Assembly (NCBI GenBank): GCA_018065925.1
Contig: JAGHSI010000015.1
Span: 1-42,675 of the forward strand
Direction of reading: 5' to 3'
Length of the DNA: 42,675 nt
Source of the DNA: Candidatus Limimonas coprohippi
Lineage (GTDB): Bacteria > Bacillota > Clostridia > Oscillospirales > Acutalibacteraceae
Each line of letters begins with the position of its first letter. The stretch's first letter is position 1. Both the position numbers and the translations under genes were made by a program. The notes under the pieces were generated by a model. That model had not been told where the DNA came from and made no database searches. It worked only from the letters and a program-made list of their open reading frames with translations. Shown piece after piece: positions 8,528 through 18,000 of this stretch.

Positions 8528-9862
8528 ATGTCAAGACCAGTAGTGGCTATTGTTGGTAGACCAAATGTCGGTAAATCAACACTTTTTAACAAACTCATAG
8601 GAAAAAGGCTCTCTATTGTTGATGACACTCCAGGTGTAACAAGAGATCGTATTTATGGCGATTGTGAATGGTTAGGACATAATATGCTTCTTGTTGATAC
8701 AGGCGGTATTGAGCCATATTCCGATGACATTATTCTGTCACAGATGCGTCGCCAGGCGCAGCTCGCAATTGATTCGGCAGACGTAATTATTATGGTTACT
8801 GATATACGTGATGGCGTTGTTGCAACGGACCAGGAGGTCGCAACAATGCTTCAAAAGAGCAGTAAGCCATTAGTACTCTGCGTAAACAAGTGCGATACGA
8901 CTGGCGAACTTCCGGCTGACTTTTATGAGTTCTATAATCTTGGTCTTGGAGATCCTATTCCAGTATCTGCAAGCCATGGTCGTGGCACTGGAGACCTTCT
9001 TGATGCTGTACTTCAGTATCTTCCAGAGGATGCTGGCGAGGACTATGAGGATGACACTATAAAAGTCGCTGTTATAGGAAAACCAAATGTAGGTAAATCA
9101 TCTCTTATAAATGCTATTTGTGGCGAAAATCGTGCAATTGTTTCTGATATTGCCGGTACAACTAGAGACGCAACAGATACTATGGTTGAGAACGAACATG
9201 GCAAGTTTGTCTTTATTGACACTGCTGGACTTCGTAGAAAATCAAAAGTTGATGATGCCATTGAAAAATATAGCGTTATCCGTGCTCGTATGTCGGTTGA
9301 ACGCGCTAACGTATGTGTTATTATGATTGACGCAACCGAGGGCTTTACTGAGCAGGACTCAAAAGTTGCTGGTATCGCACATGAACTTGGAAAGGCATGC
9401 ATAATTGCTGTTAACAAGTGGGATGCCGTTGAAAAAGATGGCGAGACAATGCAGAAAGAGCGTAAGAAGCTTATGAATGATTTTTCATTTATGTCATATG
9501 CTCCAATCATTTTTATTTCTGCAAAAACTGGTCAGCGTCTTGAACAGCTCTTTGAGCTTATTAAATTTGTTGATGACCAGAATGCTATGCGTATTTCTAC
9601 AGGTAAGCTTAATGATGTACTTGCTGCTGCCACTGCAAGAGTTCAACCGCCTACAGATAAGGGCAAGCGTCTTAAGATTTACTATATGACTCAGGCTTCG
9701 ACACGTCCACCAACGTTTGTCTGCTTTGTTAACTCAAAGGATCTTTTCCACTATAGTTATCAAAGATACTTAGATAATCAGATAAGGGAGGTATTCGGAC
9801 TTGAGGGAACACCTACTAGATTTGTTATCAGGGAAAGAGAAGAGAAAAAAGGTAGAAGATAA
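8528..9862 (+). CDS. der: Ribosome-biogenesis GTPase Der (EngA), two tandem G domains
   Basis: GRPNVGKST and GKPNVGKSS P-loops, DTGG and DTAG motifs, NKCD and NKWD motifs, KH-like C-terminus. Confidence 0.97.
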   Translation: MSRPVVAIVGRPNVGKSTLFNKLIGKRLSIVDDTPGVTRDRIYGDCEWLGHNMLLVDTGGIEPYSDDIILSQMRRQAQLAIDSADVIIMVTDIRDGVVATDQEVATMLQKSSKPLVLCVNKCDTTGELPADFYEFYNLGLGDPIPVSASHGRGTGDLLDAVLQYLPEDAGEDYEDDTIKVAVIGKPNVGKSSLINAICGENRAIVSDIAGTTRDATDTMVENEHGKFVFIDTAGLRRKSKVDDAIEKYSVIRARMSVERANVCVIMIDATEGFTEQDSKVAGIAHELGKACIIAVNKWDAVEKDGETMQKERKKLMNDFSFMSYAPIIFISAKTGQRLEQLFELIKFVDDQNAMRISTGKLNDVLAAATARVQPPTDKGKRLKIYYMTQASTRPPTFVCFVNSKDLFHYSYQRYLDNQIREVFGLEGTPTRFVIREREEKKGRR

Positions 9863-9986
9863 GCCACATACTGTCGGCGACGGTTGTAAGAAATGTAGTA
9901 ACTATAGTAAAGGATATTGCAAAGGTCGCGATTTTTGTTGTGAAGCTCATAAACCTATAGAAGAAAAAGAACCAAGTTCAGAATGA
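9801..9986 (+). CDS. Candidate small Cys-rich protein (61 aa from TTG), overlapping the der 3' end out of frame
   Basis: AAGGGAGG lies 9 nt upstream of TTG 9801. The ORF fills the otherwise unexplained ~105 nt between the der stop and its terminator. It has 5 Cys in GDGCKKCSNYSKGYCKGRDFCCEAH. No homology is recognised. Confidence 0.3.
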   Translation: MREHLLDLLSGKEKRKKVEDKPHTVGDGCKKCSNYSKGYCKGRDFCCEAHKPIEEKEPSSE

Positions 9987-10006
9987 ACTTGGTTCTTTCA
10001 TTTTTG
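9968..10006 (+). terminator. Rho-independent terminator of the DUF512-der unit
   Basis: AGAACCAAGTTCA-gaa-TGAACTTGGTTCT (13 bp) followed by TTCATTTTT. Confidence 0.87.
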
Positions 10007-10031
10007 TAAGGAAGTCGTAAGGGTTCTGTTG

Positions 10032-10060
10032 TTGACTTTATGAAATTGTTGTGATATCAT
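10032..10060 (+). promoter_or_regulatory. Promoter of the SPFH-RHH-ABC operon
   Basis: TTGACT, 17-nt spacer, TATCAT. Confidence 0.5.
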
Positions 10061-10070
10061 TTTGATATCA
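10052..10070 (+). promoter_or_regulatory. Tandem palindromes TGATATCA-ttt-TGATATCA overlapping the -10 and transcription start (candidate operator)
   Basis: Two identical self-complementary 8-mers 3 nt apart, read directly from the sequence. Confidence 0.4.
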
Positions 10071-10090
10071 ACTGAAGGAGGTTGACTTTT

Positions 10091-11110
10091 ATGGAAGAAA
10101 AAATCTATACAACTAAAAAGAACGGCATGCTCGCTTTGTTACTCATCATAGCACTTTACGCTTTGGCAATAATCGGCGTAATGAGTCCTGCTTTCTTTGA
10201 TGGTCCAGCGTCTGGTATTCTTATGGTATTTTCAATAATTTATTTAGCATTTGGCTGGATTCTTTTCCTTGGCCTCAAGGTTTTAAAGCCACAGGAAGCA
10301 TTGGTGCTTACACTTTTTGGTAAGTACAAGGGCACAATTAAGGAAGATGGTTTTTACTTTGTAAACCCATTCTGCGGATCATTCAATCCAGCAGCAACAA
10401 CAAAACTCAACCAGAGCGGTGATGTTGATACAAGCGCCGCTTCAATCCTTACTGCTGCTGCAACAGGCACAACTGCCGCAGCATATGAGAAATCATCAAA
10501 GAAAATTTCTCTTAAAATTATGACACTCAACAACAGCCGTCAAAAGATCAACGATTGCCTTGGCAATCCTGTTGAGATTGGTATAGCTGTTATGTGGAGA
10601 GTAACAGATACAGCAAAGGCTGTATTTAATGTAGATAACTATAAAGAATACTTATCACTTCAGTGCGATTCAGCACTTCGTAATGTGGTTCGTATCTATC
10701 CATACGACGTAGCACCTGGTGTTGATACAACAGGTGACGGTGTTGCTGATGAGGGCTCACTTCGTGGTTCTTCTGATATCGTTGCAAATCGTATTAAGGA
10801 AGAGATTCAATCCAAGGTTGATGAGGCTGGTATCGAAATCGTAGAGGCTCGCATCACACACTTGGCTTACGCTCCAGAAATCGCATCTGTAATGCTTCAG
10901 CGTCAACAGGCTTCTGCTATTATTGACGCACGTAAGATGATTGTTGACGGTGCTGTTGGTATGGTAGAAATGGCTCTTGATCGTCTTGAGTCGGGCACTA
11001 CAGTTAAACTTGATGACGAACGTAAGGCTGCTATGGTTTCTAACCTTCTTGTTGTTCTCTGCGGTAACAAGGATGCACAGCCAATCGTAAATTCTGGAAG
11101 CCTTTATTAA
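10091..11110 (+). CDS. SPFH (band 7 / stomatin-prohibitin) domain membrane protein
   Basis: ATG 10091 follows GAAGGAGG. Two N-terminal TM helices, then LKPQEALVLTLFGKYKGTIKEDGFYFVNPF, typical of SPFH. An Ala/Thr-rich low-complexity insert is present. Confidence 0.88.
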   Translation: MEEKIYTTKKNGMLALLLIIALYALAIIGVMSPAFFDGPASGILMVFSIIYLAFGWILFLGLKVLKPQEALVLTLFGKYKGTIKEDGFYFVNPFCGSFNPAATTKLNQSGDVDTSAASILTAAATGTTAAAYEKSSKKISLKIMTLNNSRQKINDCLGNPVEIGIAVMWRVTDTAKAVFNVDNYKEYLSLQCDSALRNVVRIYPYDVAPGVDTTGDGVADEGSLRGSSDIVANRIKEEIQSKVDEAGIEIVEARITHLAYAPEIASVMLQRQQASAIIDARKMIVDGAVGMVEMALDRLESGTTVKLDDERKAAMVSNLLVVLCGNKDAQPIVNSGSLY

Positions 11111-11129
11111 TTAAGAAAAAGGTGAACTA

Positions 11130-11333
11130 ATGGCTGACGAGAAAAAGCAGGTGCCACTGCGTCTTTCACCAAAACTTTATAACGCACTTTCAGCTTGGGC
11201 AGAAGATGATTTTAGGTCTGTAAATGGACAGATAGAATATCTTTTGACCGAGTGTGTTAAACAGCGTAAAAAAGATGGTAAATATGTTGGGCAGAATATA
11301 GATGCACCACTTGAAATTAAAATAGGTGATTAA
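11130..11333 (+). CDS. Arc-like ribbon-helix-helix DNA-binding protein
   Basis: [32 protein letters not shown] fits the beta-strand, helix, helix RHH pattern (Arc/MetJ-like). Confidence 0.75.
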   Translation: MADEKKQVPLRLSPKLYNALSAWAEDDFRSVNGQIEYLLTECVKQRKKDGKYVGQNIDAPLEIKIGD

Positions 11334-11334
11334 T

Positions 11335-12060
11335 ATGCTTGAAATTAAAAATTTGACTAAAATATATGGTGAAAAACATGCAGTTGATAACCTTTCCTTG
11401 AAAATTAATCCAGGAGAGATTTATGGATTTATTGGCCACAACGGTGCTGGTAAAACTACAACTCTCAAATCAATTGCAGGAATACTTCAATTTGAGGAAG
11501 GGGATATCTTAATCGATGGAATATCAATTAAAGATAAACCTCTTGATTGCAAAAAGATTTTTGCATATATTCCGGATAATCCAGATCTCTATGATTTTAT
11601 GACTGGTATTCAGTATTTGAACTTTATTGCAGATATATTTGAAGTATCTCAAAAAGACAGAGAAGAACGTATTCATAAGTATGCTTCAGCTTTTGAGATT
11701 GAGAGTAATCTTGCTGAGATGCTCTCATCTTATTCACATGGTATGAAGCAAAAACTTGCTATTATCTCTGCTTTGATTCATGAGCCAAAACTTATCTTGA
11801 TGGATGAACCATTTGTTGGTCTTGATCCTAAAGCTGCGCATATTTTGAAAGAATATATGCATGAAATTTGCGCAAATGGTGGCGCAATTTTCTTCTCAAC
11901 CCATGTGCTCGATGTCGCTGAAAAACTTTGTGACAAAGTTGCTATTATAAAAGGCGGTAAACTTATTAAGTGTGGAACTATGGATGAGGTTAAGGGTGAT
12001 GAATCACTTGAGGAGGTATTCCTCGAACTTGTAGATGAGGGAGTTGACGCAAATGTTTAA
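11335..12060 (+). CDS. ABC transporter ATP-binding protein
   Basis: ATG 11335 follows AGGTGA. Walker A GHNGAGKTT, signature YSHGMKQKL, Walker B LILMDEP. Confidence 0.93.
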   Translation: MLEIKNLTKIYGEKHAVDNLSLKINPGEIYGFIGHNGAGKTTTLKSIAGILQFEEGDILIDGISIKDKPLDCKKIFAYIPDNPDLYDFMTGIQYLNFIADIFEVSQKDREERIHKYASAFEIESNLAEMLSSYSHGMKQKLAIISALIHEPKLILMDEPFVGLDPKAAHILKEYMHEICANGGAIFFSTHVLDVAEKLCDKVAIIKGGKLIKCGTMDEVKGDESLEEVFLELVDEGVDANV

Positions 12061-13666
12061 GCTCATCCTCAAGAAACAACTTTTAGAGATAGGTACATTC
12101 TATGTGAAAGATAGAAAGACTGGTGCCAGAGCTAAAGGCTCTAAGCTTTTGCTCACAGCTGGACTTTGGATTTTTTGCATGTTTAGTTTGTTCATGGCGG
12201 GATTTGCAATGTCCTCACTTTTTGGTTCGACATTCTTTGAGATAGGTCTTGATTGGTTCTACTTTATAACTATGGGAATTATCTCTATTTTCTTTGGCGT
12301 TTTTGGTAGTGTGTTTAATACCTACGCTAGTCTCTATAAGGCAAAGGATAATGACCTTCTACTTTCAATGCCTATTAATACAAATTCAATACTCTCTGCA
12401 AAAATCTTTGTTACATTTTTGATGAGTATGATCTTTAGTTGCATATTTTATGTGCCAACTTGTATATATTATTACACACATGTTCCTCAGAGTTTTGCGT
12501 CGGTACTTGGCACTATTGTTATGTTTATCGGTGTAAATATATTTAGTACTGCTCTCGTATGTATTTTAGGTTATTTTTTGGCTTTGGCATCCAATAAGTT
12601 GCAGGGTAAATCATATGTAAGTGTCGTAATTACGCTTCTCTTTATTGCTGGATACTATTATGTATATTTTAGGATAAACAAATATTTAAACTATATTGCT
12701 GCAAATGGCGAGATTTTCGCTGAAAACATCAGGGGTAAGGCAAAACTTCTTCATATGTTTGGCGCTGCATTTGTGGGCGACACCAAGTCTATGTTGCTTT
12801 ATTTTGTAGTATTTGCAGCATTTTTAGCTCTTGTTTATTTTGTGCTTTCAAGTAGATATTTGAAGATAATGTGCACTAATAAAGGTAGTGCTAAAGTTGA
12901 ATATGTAGCTGAGAAGGCAATCAAGTCAAAGAGTGTGTCAAGCGCTCTTATTTCTAAAGAATTGTCACACTTTACAAAGAGCACAATTTACTTACTTAAC
13001 GGCGGACTCGGTATAATTATGATGCCTGCTTTTGCTCTTGTAATTGCCCTCAGAGCTGATTATATTAAAGGCGTGATGGCGGGTCTTAGCACACAGATTC
13101 CTGGTATAGAGAATTACTATCCTTTGGTTATAATTGCTCTCGCTATGGCTATATCATCGACAGTGATGATTACAGCTCCTTCGATTTCACTTGAGGGCAA
13201 GAACGCTTGGATATTAAAATCTTTACCAGTAAATACAACTGATATTTTTGCAGCAAAGATTAAAACTCAAAATAGACTTGCGATACCTGCTATGGCTATT
13301 TTTGCTGTTGTAACATCTTTGGCTTTGGGTCTTGATTATAGTAGTGTTATAACTGTTGCGGTAACTTCAGTTGTGTATATGATGCTTAGTTCATATCTCG
13401 GACTTATGCTTAATCTTTTATTTCCAAATCTTGAGTGGAAAGACGAGAGCGTGCCGGTAAAACAGGGAGCTCCAATACTTATAATGATGTTTGGTGGTTG
13501 GGCTTTCATAGTAATTTTGGGTGCACTTTATTATTTCGCTTTAAGAAAGATTCCTCTTGATCCAGGCGATTATGTCATTGCACTTATGGTTCTTTTTGCA
13601 GTTTGTGGACGTTTAGTCAGAAACTGGATAAATACCAAGGGAGTAAATCGCTGGGAAGAATTATAA
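12053..13666 (+). CDS. Polytopic ABC-exporter membrane protein (putative permease partner)
   Basis: ATG 12053 overlaps the ATPase stop (ATGTTTAA). About 12 predicted hydrophobic helices. No soluble domain is recognised. Confidence 0.78.
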   Translation: MFKLILKKQLLEIGTFYVKDRKTGARAKGSKLLLTAGLWIFCMFSLFMAGFAMSSLFGSTFFEIGLDWFYFITMGIISIFFGVFGSVFNTYASLYKAKDNDLLLSMPINTNSILSAKIFVTFLMSMIFSCIFYVPTCIYYYTHVPQSFASVLGTIVMFIGVNIFSTALVCILGYFLALASNKLQGKSYVSVVITLLFIAGYYYVYFRINKYLNYIAANGEIFAENIRGKAKLLHMFGAAFVGDTKSMLLYFVVFAAFLALVYFVLSSRYLKIMCTNKGSAKVEYVAEKAIKSKSVSSALISKELSHFTKSTIYLLNGGLGIIMMPAFALVIALRADYIKGVMAGLSTQIPGIENYYPLVIIALAMAISSTVMITAPSISLEGKNAWILKSLPVNTTDIFAAKIKTQNRLAIPAMAIFAVVTSLALGLDYSSVITVAVTSVVYMMLSSYLGLMLNLLFPNLEWKDESVPVKQGAPILIMMFGGWAFIVILGALYYFALRKIPLDPGDYVIALMVLFAVCGRLVRNWINTKGVNRWEEL

Positions 13667-13679
13667 TTTAAGGAAGACT

Positions 13680-14183
13680 ATGAAAATACTTGTAATTTCA
13701 GACTCACATGGAAGATATCAAAATGTATATGACATCATATATGAAAATGCAAATTCAGATGTAATTATTCACTTGGGAGATGGGGTCTCCGATGTGGATG
13801 AGGCGGCTCGCGAGGTCGCAGACATGCGTCACCTTAAGACTCTTCAAATCATTAAGGTGAGGGGCAACTGCGACATATTCTCGAGCGAGCCTGTCACAAG
13901 TTTTGACAATATCGGGGACCATAAGTTTTACAGTACCCATGGTTATTCGGTAAACGGTACGGCCGCCAGTGTTAAAGCAAGACTTGGGGTGGATGCCCTC
14001 TGTGAAGACGCGCGCCAAAATGGCTTTGATGTGGCCCTCTTTGGCCACACGCACAAAGCTTTTTATGAGGAGCGCTCTGGCGTACACCTCTTCAACCCTG
14101 GCGCCGCTTTAAAAGGTCAATATGGCATCATTACAATTGATGATGCAACAGGCAATTTGAAATTTGAGCACAAAGAAATATAA
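13680..14183 (+). CDS. YfcE/MJ0936-family metallophosphoesterase
   Basis: MKILVISDSHGR, GDG, GNCD and GHTH metal-ligand motifs. Confidence 0.9.
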   Translation: MKILVISDSHGRYQNVYDIIYENANSDVIIHLGDGVSDVDEAAREVADMRHLKTLQIIKVRGNCDIFSSEPVTSFDNIGDHKFYSTHGYSVNGTAASVKARLGVDALCEDARQNGFDVALFGHTHKAFYEERSGVHLFNPGAALKGQYGIITIDDATGNLKFEHKEI

Positions 14184-14401
14184 TTAAATACTTTTGTCAA
14201 TTGTTATGTTGCTCCCAATGCTTATAGTTTTTGCATTGCCTACATCGGCAAAGTCCAGTGTTATTATGTTGGAGGAACCTATAATGGTGGTGGTCACGCA
14301 CGGAATGTCTTGACAAATGTGAGTCAACAAATTACGCTTATTATGTCCATAACTTTAATGGATTCATAATTGATAAAACAAAGTCTTAAAGGAGAGTATA
14401 T

Positions 14402-14809
14402 ATGGAGAGAACATATATCATGTTAAAGCCTGACTGCGTTAAGCGCGGCCTTATGGGTGAGGTTATCAATCGCATTGAAAAGAAGGGCTTTAAAATTACA
14501 AATATGAAGATGATGAATCTTGATGAAGCAATTCTTAAGGAGCACTATGCTCATATTGCTGATAAGCCATTCTTCCCGGGCATCCTTGAATACATGACAA
14601 GTGGTCCAGTTGTAGCTATGATTGTTGAGGGTGACAATGCAGTTCTTGGCATGAGAACTCTTATGGGCGCTACAAAGTACGAAGATGCCCTTGCTGGTAC
14701 AATCCGTGGCGATTATGCTACATCAACAGGAAATAACATCATTCACGGCTCAGATTCAGTTGAGAATGGTGAGATTGAAATCAAGAGATTTTTCGGTCCA
14801 AACGCTTAA
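14402..14809 (+). CDS. ndk: Nucleoside diphosphate kinase
   Basis: ERTYIMLKPD, a YMTSGPVVAM-type segment and the NIIHGSDS active-site His motif. Confidence 0.97.
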   Translation: MERTYIMLKPDCVKRGLMGEVINRIEKKGFKITNMKMMNLDEAILKEHYAHIADKPFFPGILEYMTSGPVVAMIVEGDNAVLGMRTLMGATKYEDALAGTIRGDYATSTGNNIIHGSDSVENGEIEIKRFFGPNA

Positions 14810-14820
14810 GTTTTTGCTAA

Positions 14821-14852
14821 AAAGCCTCCGAGAAGGGGGCTTTTTCTTTTTG
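14821..14852 (+). terminator. Rho-independent terminator after ndk
   Basis: AAAAGCCTCC-gagaa-GGGGGCTTTTT followed by CTTTTT. Confidence 0.87.
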
Positions 14853-14902
14853 TGTTTTTGGAAACTCCCGGATGGGTGTATTAATAACTTTTAAAAAAGT
14901 TG

Positions 14903-14931
14903 TTGACTATGGCTCTTGACAAGTGTATAAT
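14903..14931 (+). promoter_or_regulatory. rpoBC promoter
   Basis: TTGACT, 17-nt spacer, TATAAT, about 110 nt upstream of rpoB. Confidence 0.58.
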
Positions 14932-15043
14932 TCCACCACTTGTTTCATTTTCCTTTAATACGCGCGTATATATAAAGGCGCTACTAAATGAAATTATGCC
15001 AATTCTAACAAGTAAAAAATCTTGAACGGAGTGATTAAAGTCT

Positions 15044-18000
15044 ATGGTAAGTGTTAAAGAGACCAAACTCGGCAATACCACTAGAATGAACTTCGCTAAA
15101 ATCAATGAAGTTATGGAGATGCCAAACCTCATTGAAGTGCAGAAGAATTCTTACCAGTGGTTCCTTGACGTAGGTTTGAAAGAAGTCTTCAGAGACATTT
15201 CGGAAATTACTGACTACACTGGAAACTTAGTACTTGAGTTCGTTGATTACAAAATGGACGAAACACCAAAGTACACAGTAAAAGAGTGTAAGGAAAGAGA
15301 CGCAACTTATGCAGCACCTCTTCGTGTAAAGGCTCGTCTTTACAACAAGGAGACAGGTGAGGTAAAAGAGTCTGACGTTTATATGGGTGATTTCCCTCTC
15401 ATGACAGAGAGTGGTACATTCGTAATCAACGGTGCAGAACGTGCTATCGTTTCTCAGCTCGTACGTTCTCCAGGCGTATACTTTGACATGACACACGATA
15501 AGACAGGTAAGGAGCTCTTCACTTCTACTGTTATTCCAAACCGTGGTGCATGGCTCGAATACGAATCAGATCAGAACGATCTCTTCTATGTTCGTATTGA
15601 TAAAAACAGAAAACTTTACATTACAACTTTCATCCGCGCACTTGGCCTTGGTACAAATCAGGAAATCCTTGATTTCTTCGGCGCAGACGAAAGAATTATG
15701 GCAACACTTGAGAAGGATACTACACAGAATGCTGAAGAGGCACTTCTTGAAGTTTACAAGAAGCTTCGTCCAGGCGAGCCACCAACGCTCGAAACTGCAC
15801 AGGCTCACCTTGACGGTTTGTTCTTTGATGCTCACCGTTATGATCTCTCTCGTGTAGGTCGTTATAAGTACAACAAGAAGCTTGCTATTTCTCAGCGTCT
15901 TGTTGGCAACAAGCTCGCAAGACCAGTTATTAATGAGACAACTGGAGAATTACTTGCAGATGCCGGCGAAATCATATCCGTTGATAAGGCTTATGAGATT
16001 GAGCAGGCTGGTGTAACAGAGGCATTCCTCGATGTTGAGGGTAAGGAAATCAAAGTTATTTCAAACGGCATGGTTGATATTCTTCCATACGTTAAGGGTC
16101 TCAAGATTACAGAAGAAGAGCTTGAAAAAATTGCAATTAACGAAAAGGTTCGTTACAGCATTCTTATGGAAATTCTTGCAGAGAAGCCAAAGAAGGCTGC
16201 ATTGCTTGAAATTCTTAAAGAGCGTGCAACAGACCTTATTCCAAATCACATCATCATCGACGACATCTTTGCTTCAATCAACTATTTGAACTGTCTTGCA
16301 TCAAATGTCGGCACAATTGATGATATCGACCACCTCGGTAACCGTCGTATCCGTTCAGTAGGTGAATTACTTCAGAATCAGTTTAGAATTGGCTTTACTC
16401 GTATGGAAAGAGTTGTAAGAGAGCGTATGTCTCTCCAGGCTCAGGAACCAGAAAAGGCTACTCCACAGGCACTCATCAACATCAGACCTGTTGTTGCTGC
16501 TGTTAAGGAGTTCTTCGGTTCTTCTCCACTTTCACAGTTTATGGATCAGACAAACCCACTTGCTGAGCTCACTCACAAGCGTCGTCTTTCAGCCCTCGGT
16601 CCTGGCGGTCTTTCACGTGACCGTGCCGGATTCGAAGTTCGAGATGTACACTACAGCCACTATGGTCGTATGTGTCCTATCGAGACACCAGAAGGTCCTA
16701 ATATCGGACTTATCTCTTACCTCGCTACATTTGCTCGTATTAACAAGTACGGCTTTATCGAGGCTCCATTCCGTAGAGTTGATAAGAAGACTGGCGTAGT
16801 TCTTGATGAAGTTGTTTATATGACAGCTGATCAGGAGGATGAGTTCAGAGTTGCTCAGGCAAATGAACCTCTTGATGCTGAAGGTCACTTCCTTCGTGAT
16901 AAGGTTACAATCCGTTATCGTGATGGATTTGCTGAAGTTGATAAGAACGTTCCTGATTTCATGGACGTATCTCCAAGAATGCTTGTATCTGTAGCTACAG
17001 CTATGATTCCATTCCTTGAGAACGACGACGCAAACCGTGCACTCATGGGATCTAACATGCAGCGTCAGGCAGTTCCACTTATGAAGACTGCAGCACCATT
17101 TGTTGGTACTGGTATGGAACATAAGGCAGCCGTTGACTCAGGTGTTGTTGTACTTGCAAAGAATGCAGGTAAGGTTATCCACGTTGATGCTAACACTATT
17201 GAGATTGAAACAGAAAAAGGTGCTATTGACACATATGAACTTATCAAGTTCATGCGCTCAAACCAGGGCACATGTGTAAACCAGCGCCCAATCGTTTCAC
17301 TTGGACAGAAGGTTGTTGCCAAAGAGGTTATCGCAGATGGACCTGCAACTGACCACGGCGAAATCTCCCTTGGTAAGAATGCTCTTATCGGCTTCATGAC
17401 ATGGGAAGGTTACAACTACGAGGATGCTGTTCTCCTCAACGAAAAGATTGTTCGCGACGATGTTTATACTTCAATTCATATTGAAGAGTATGAACTCGAA
17501 GCTCGTGATACAAAGCTTGGACCAGAAGAAATTACACGTGATATTCCAAACGTTGGTGATGATGCTCTCGCAGATCTCGACGAGTTCGGTATTATCCGTG
17601 TAGGTGCTGAGGTTCACTCTGGTGATATCCTTGTTGGTAAGGTTACTCCAAAGGGTGAGACTGAGCTTACAGCAGAGGAGAGACTTCTCCGTGCTATCTT
17701 CGGTGAAAAAGCTCGTGAAGTACGTGATACTTCTCTCCGTGTTCCTCATGGTGAGTATGGTATCGTTGTTAACGTTGAAGTATTTACAAGAGAAAACTCT
17801 GATGAACTTTCACCTGGCGTTAATAAGGTAGTACGTTGCTACATTGCCCAGAAGAGAAAGATTCAGGTCGGCGATAAGATGGCCGGTCGTCATGGTAATA
17901 AGGGTGTTGTATCTCGTATCCTTCCACAGGAAGATATGCCATTCCTTCCAGACGGTACTCCACTTGATATCGTTCTTAACCCTCTTGGCGTACCTTCACG

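Noticed and set aside
9043-9510. 155-aa minus-strand ORF inside der.
   Set aside because: It is antisense to a conserved GTPase gene. The translation is Ser/Ala/Ile-rich with no motifs.
13785-14115. GC-rich tract in the middle of the phosphoesterase gene, considered as a recombination mosaic or HGT patch.
   Set aside because: Similar GC-rich synonymous codon choice (GCC, GCG, CGC, GGC) appears in other presumably low-expression genes here (uppS, dxr, polC, recX). The AT-rich gene ends are explained by Lys/Ile/Asn/Tyr-rich peptide segments.
14272-14313. 9-codon mini-ORF MVVVTHGMS considered as an attenuation leader peptide for ndk.
   Set aside because: I could not identify a terminator/antiterminator pair downstream, and there is no biological rationale for Val/Thr control of ndk. 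It is mentioned only within the spacer finding.
16613-17122. 169-aa minus-strand ORF inside rpoB. Similar antisense ORFs occur at 17065-17397, 15227-15496 and elsewhere.
   Set aside because: It is entirely antisense to an unambiguous, highly conserved gene. The sequence is low-complexity and Cys/Ser/Ile-rich with no RBS. This is a typical shadow ORF.
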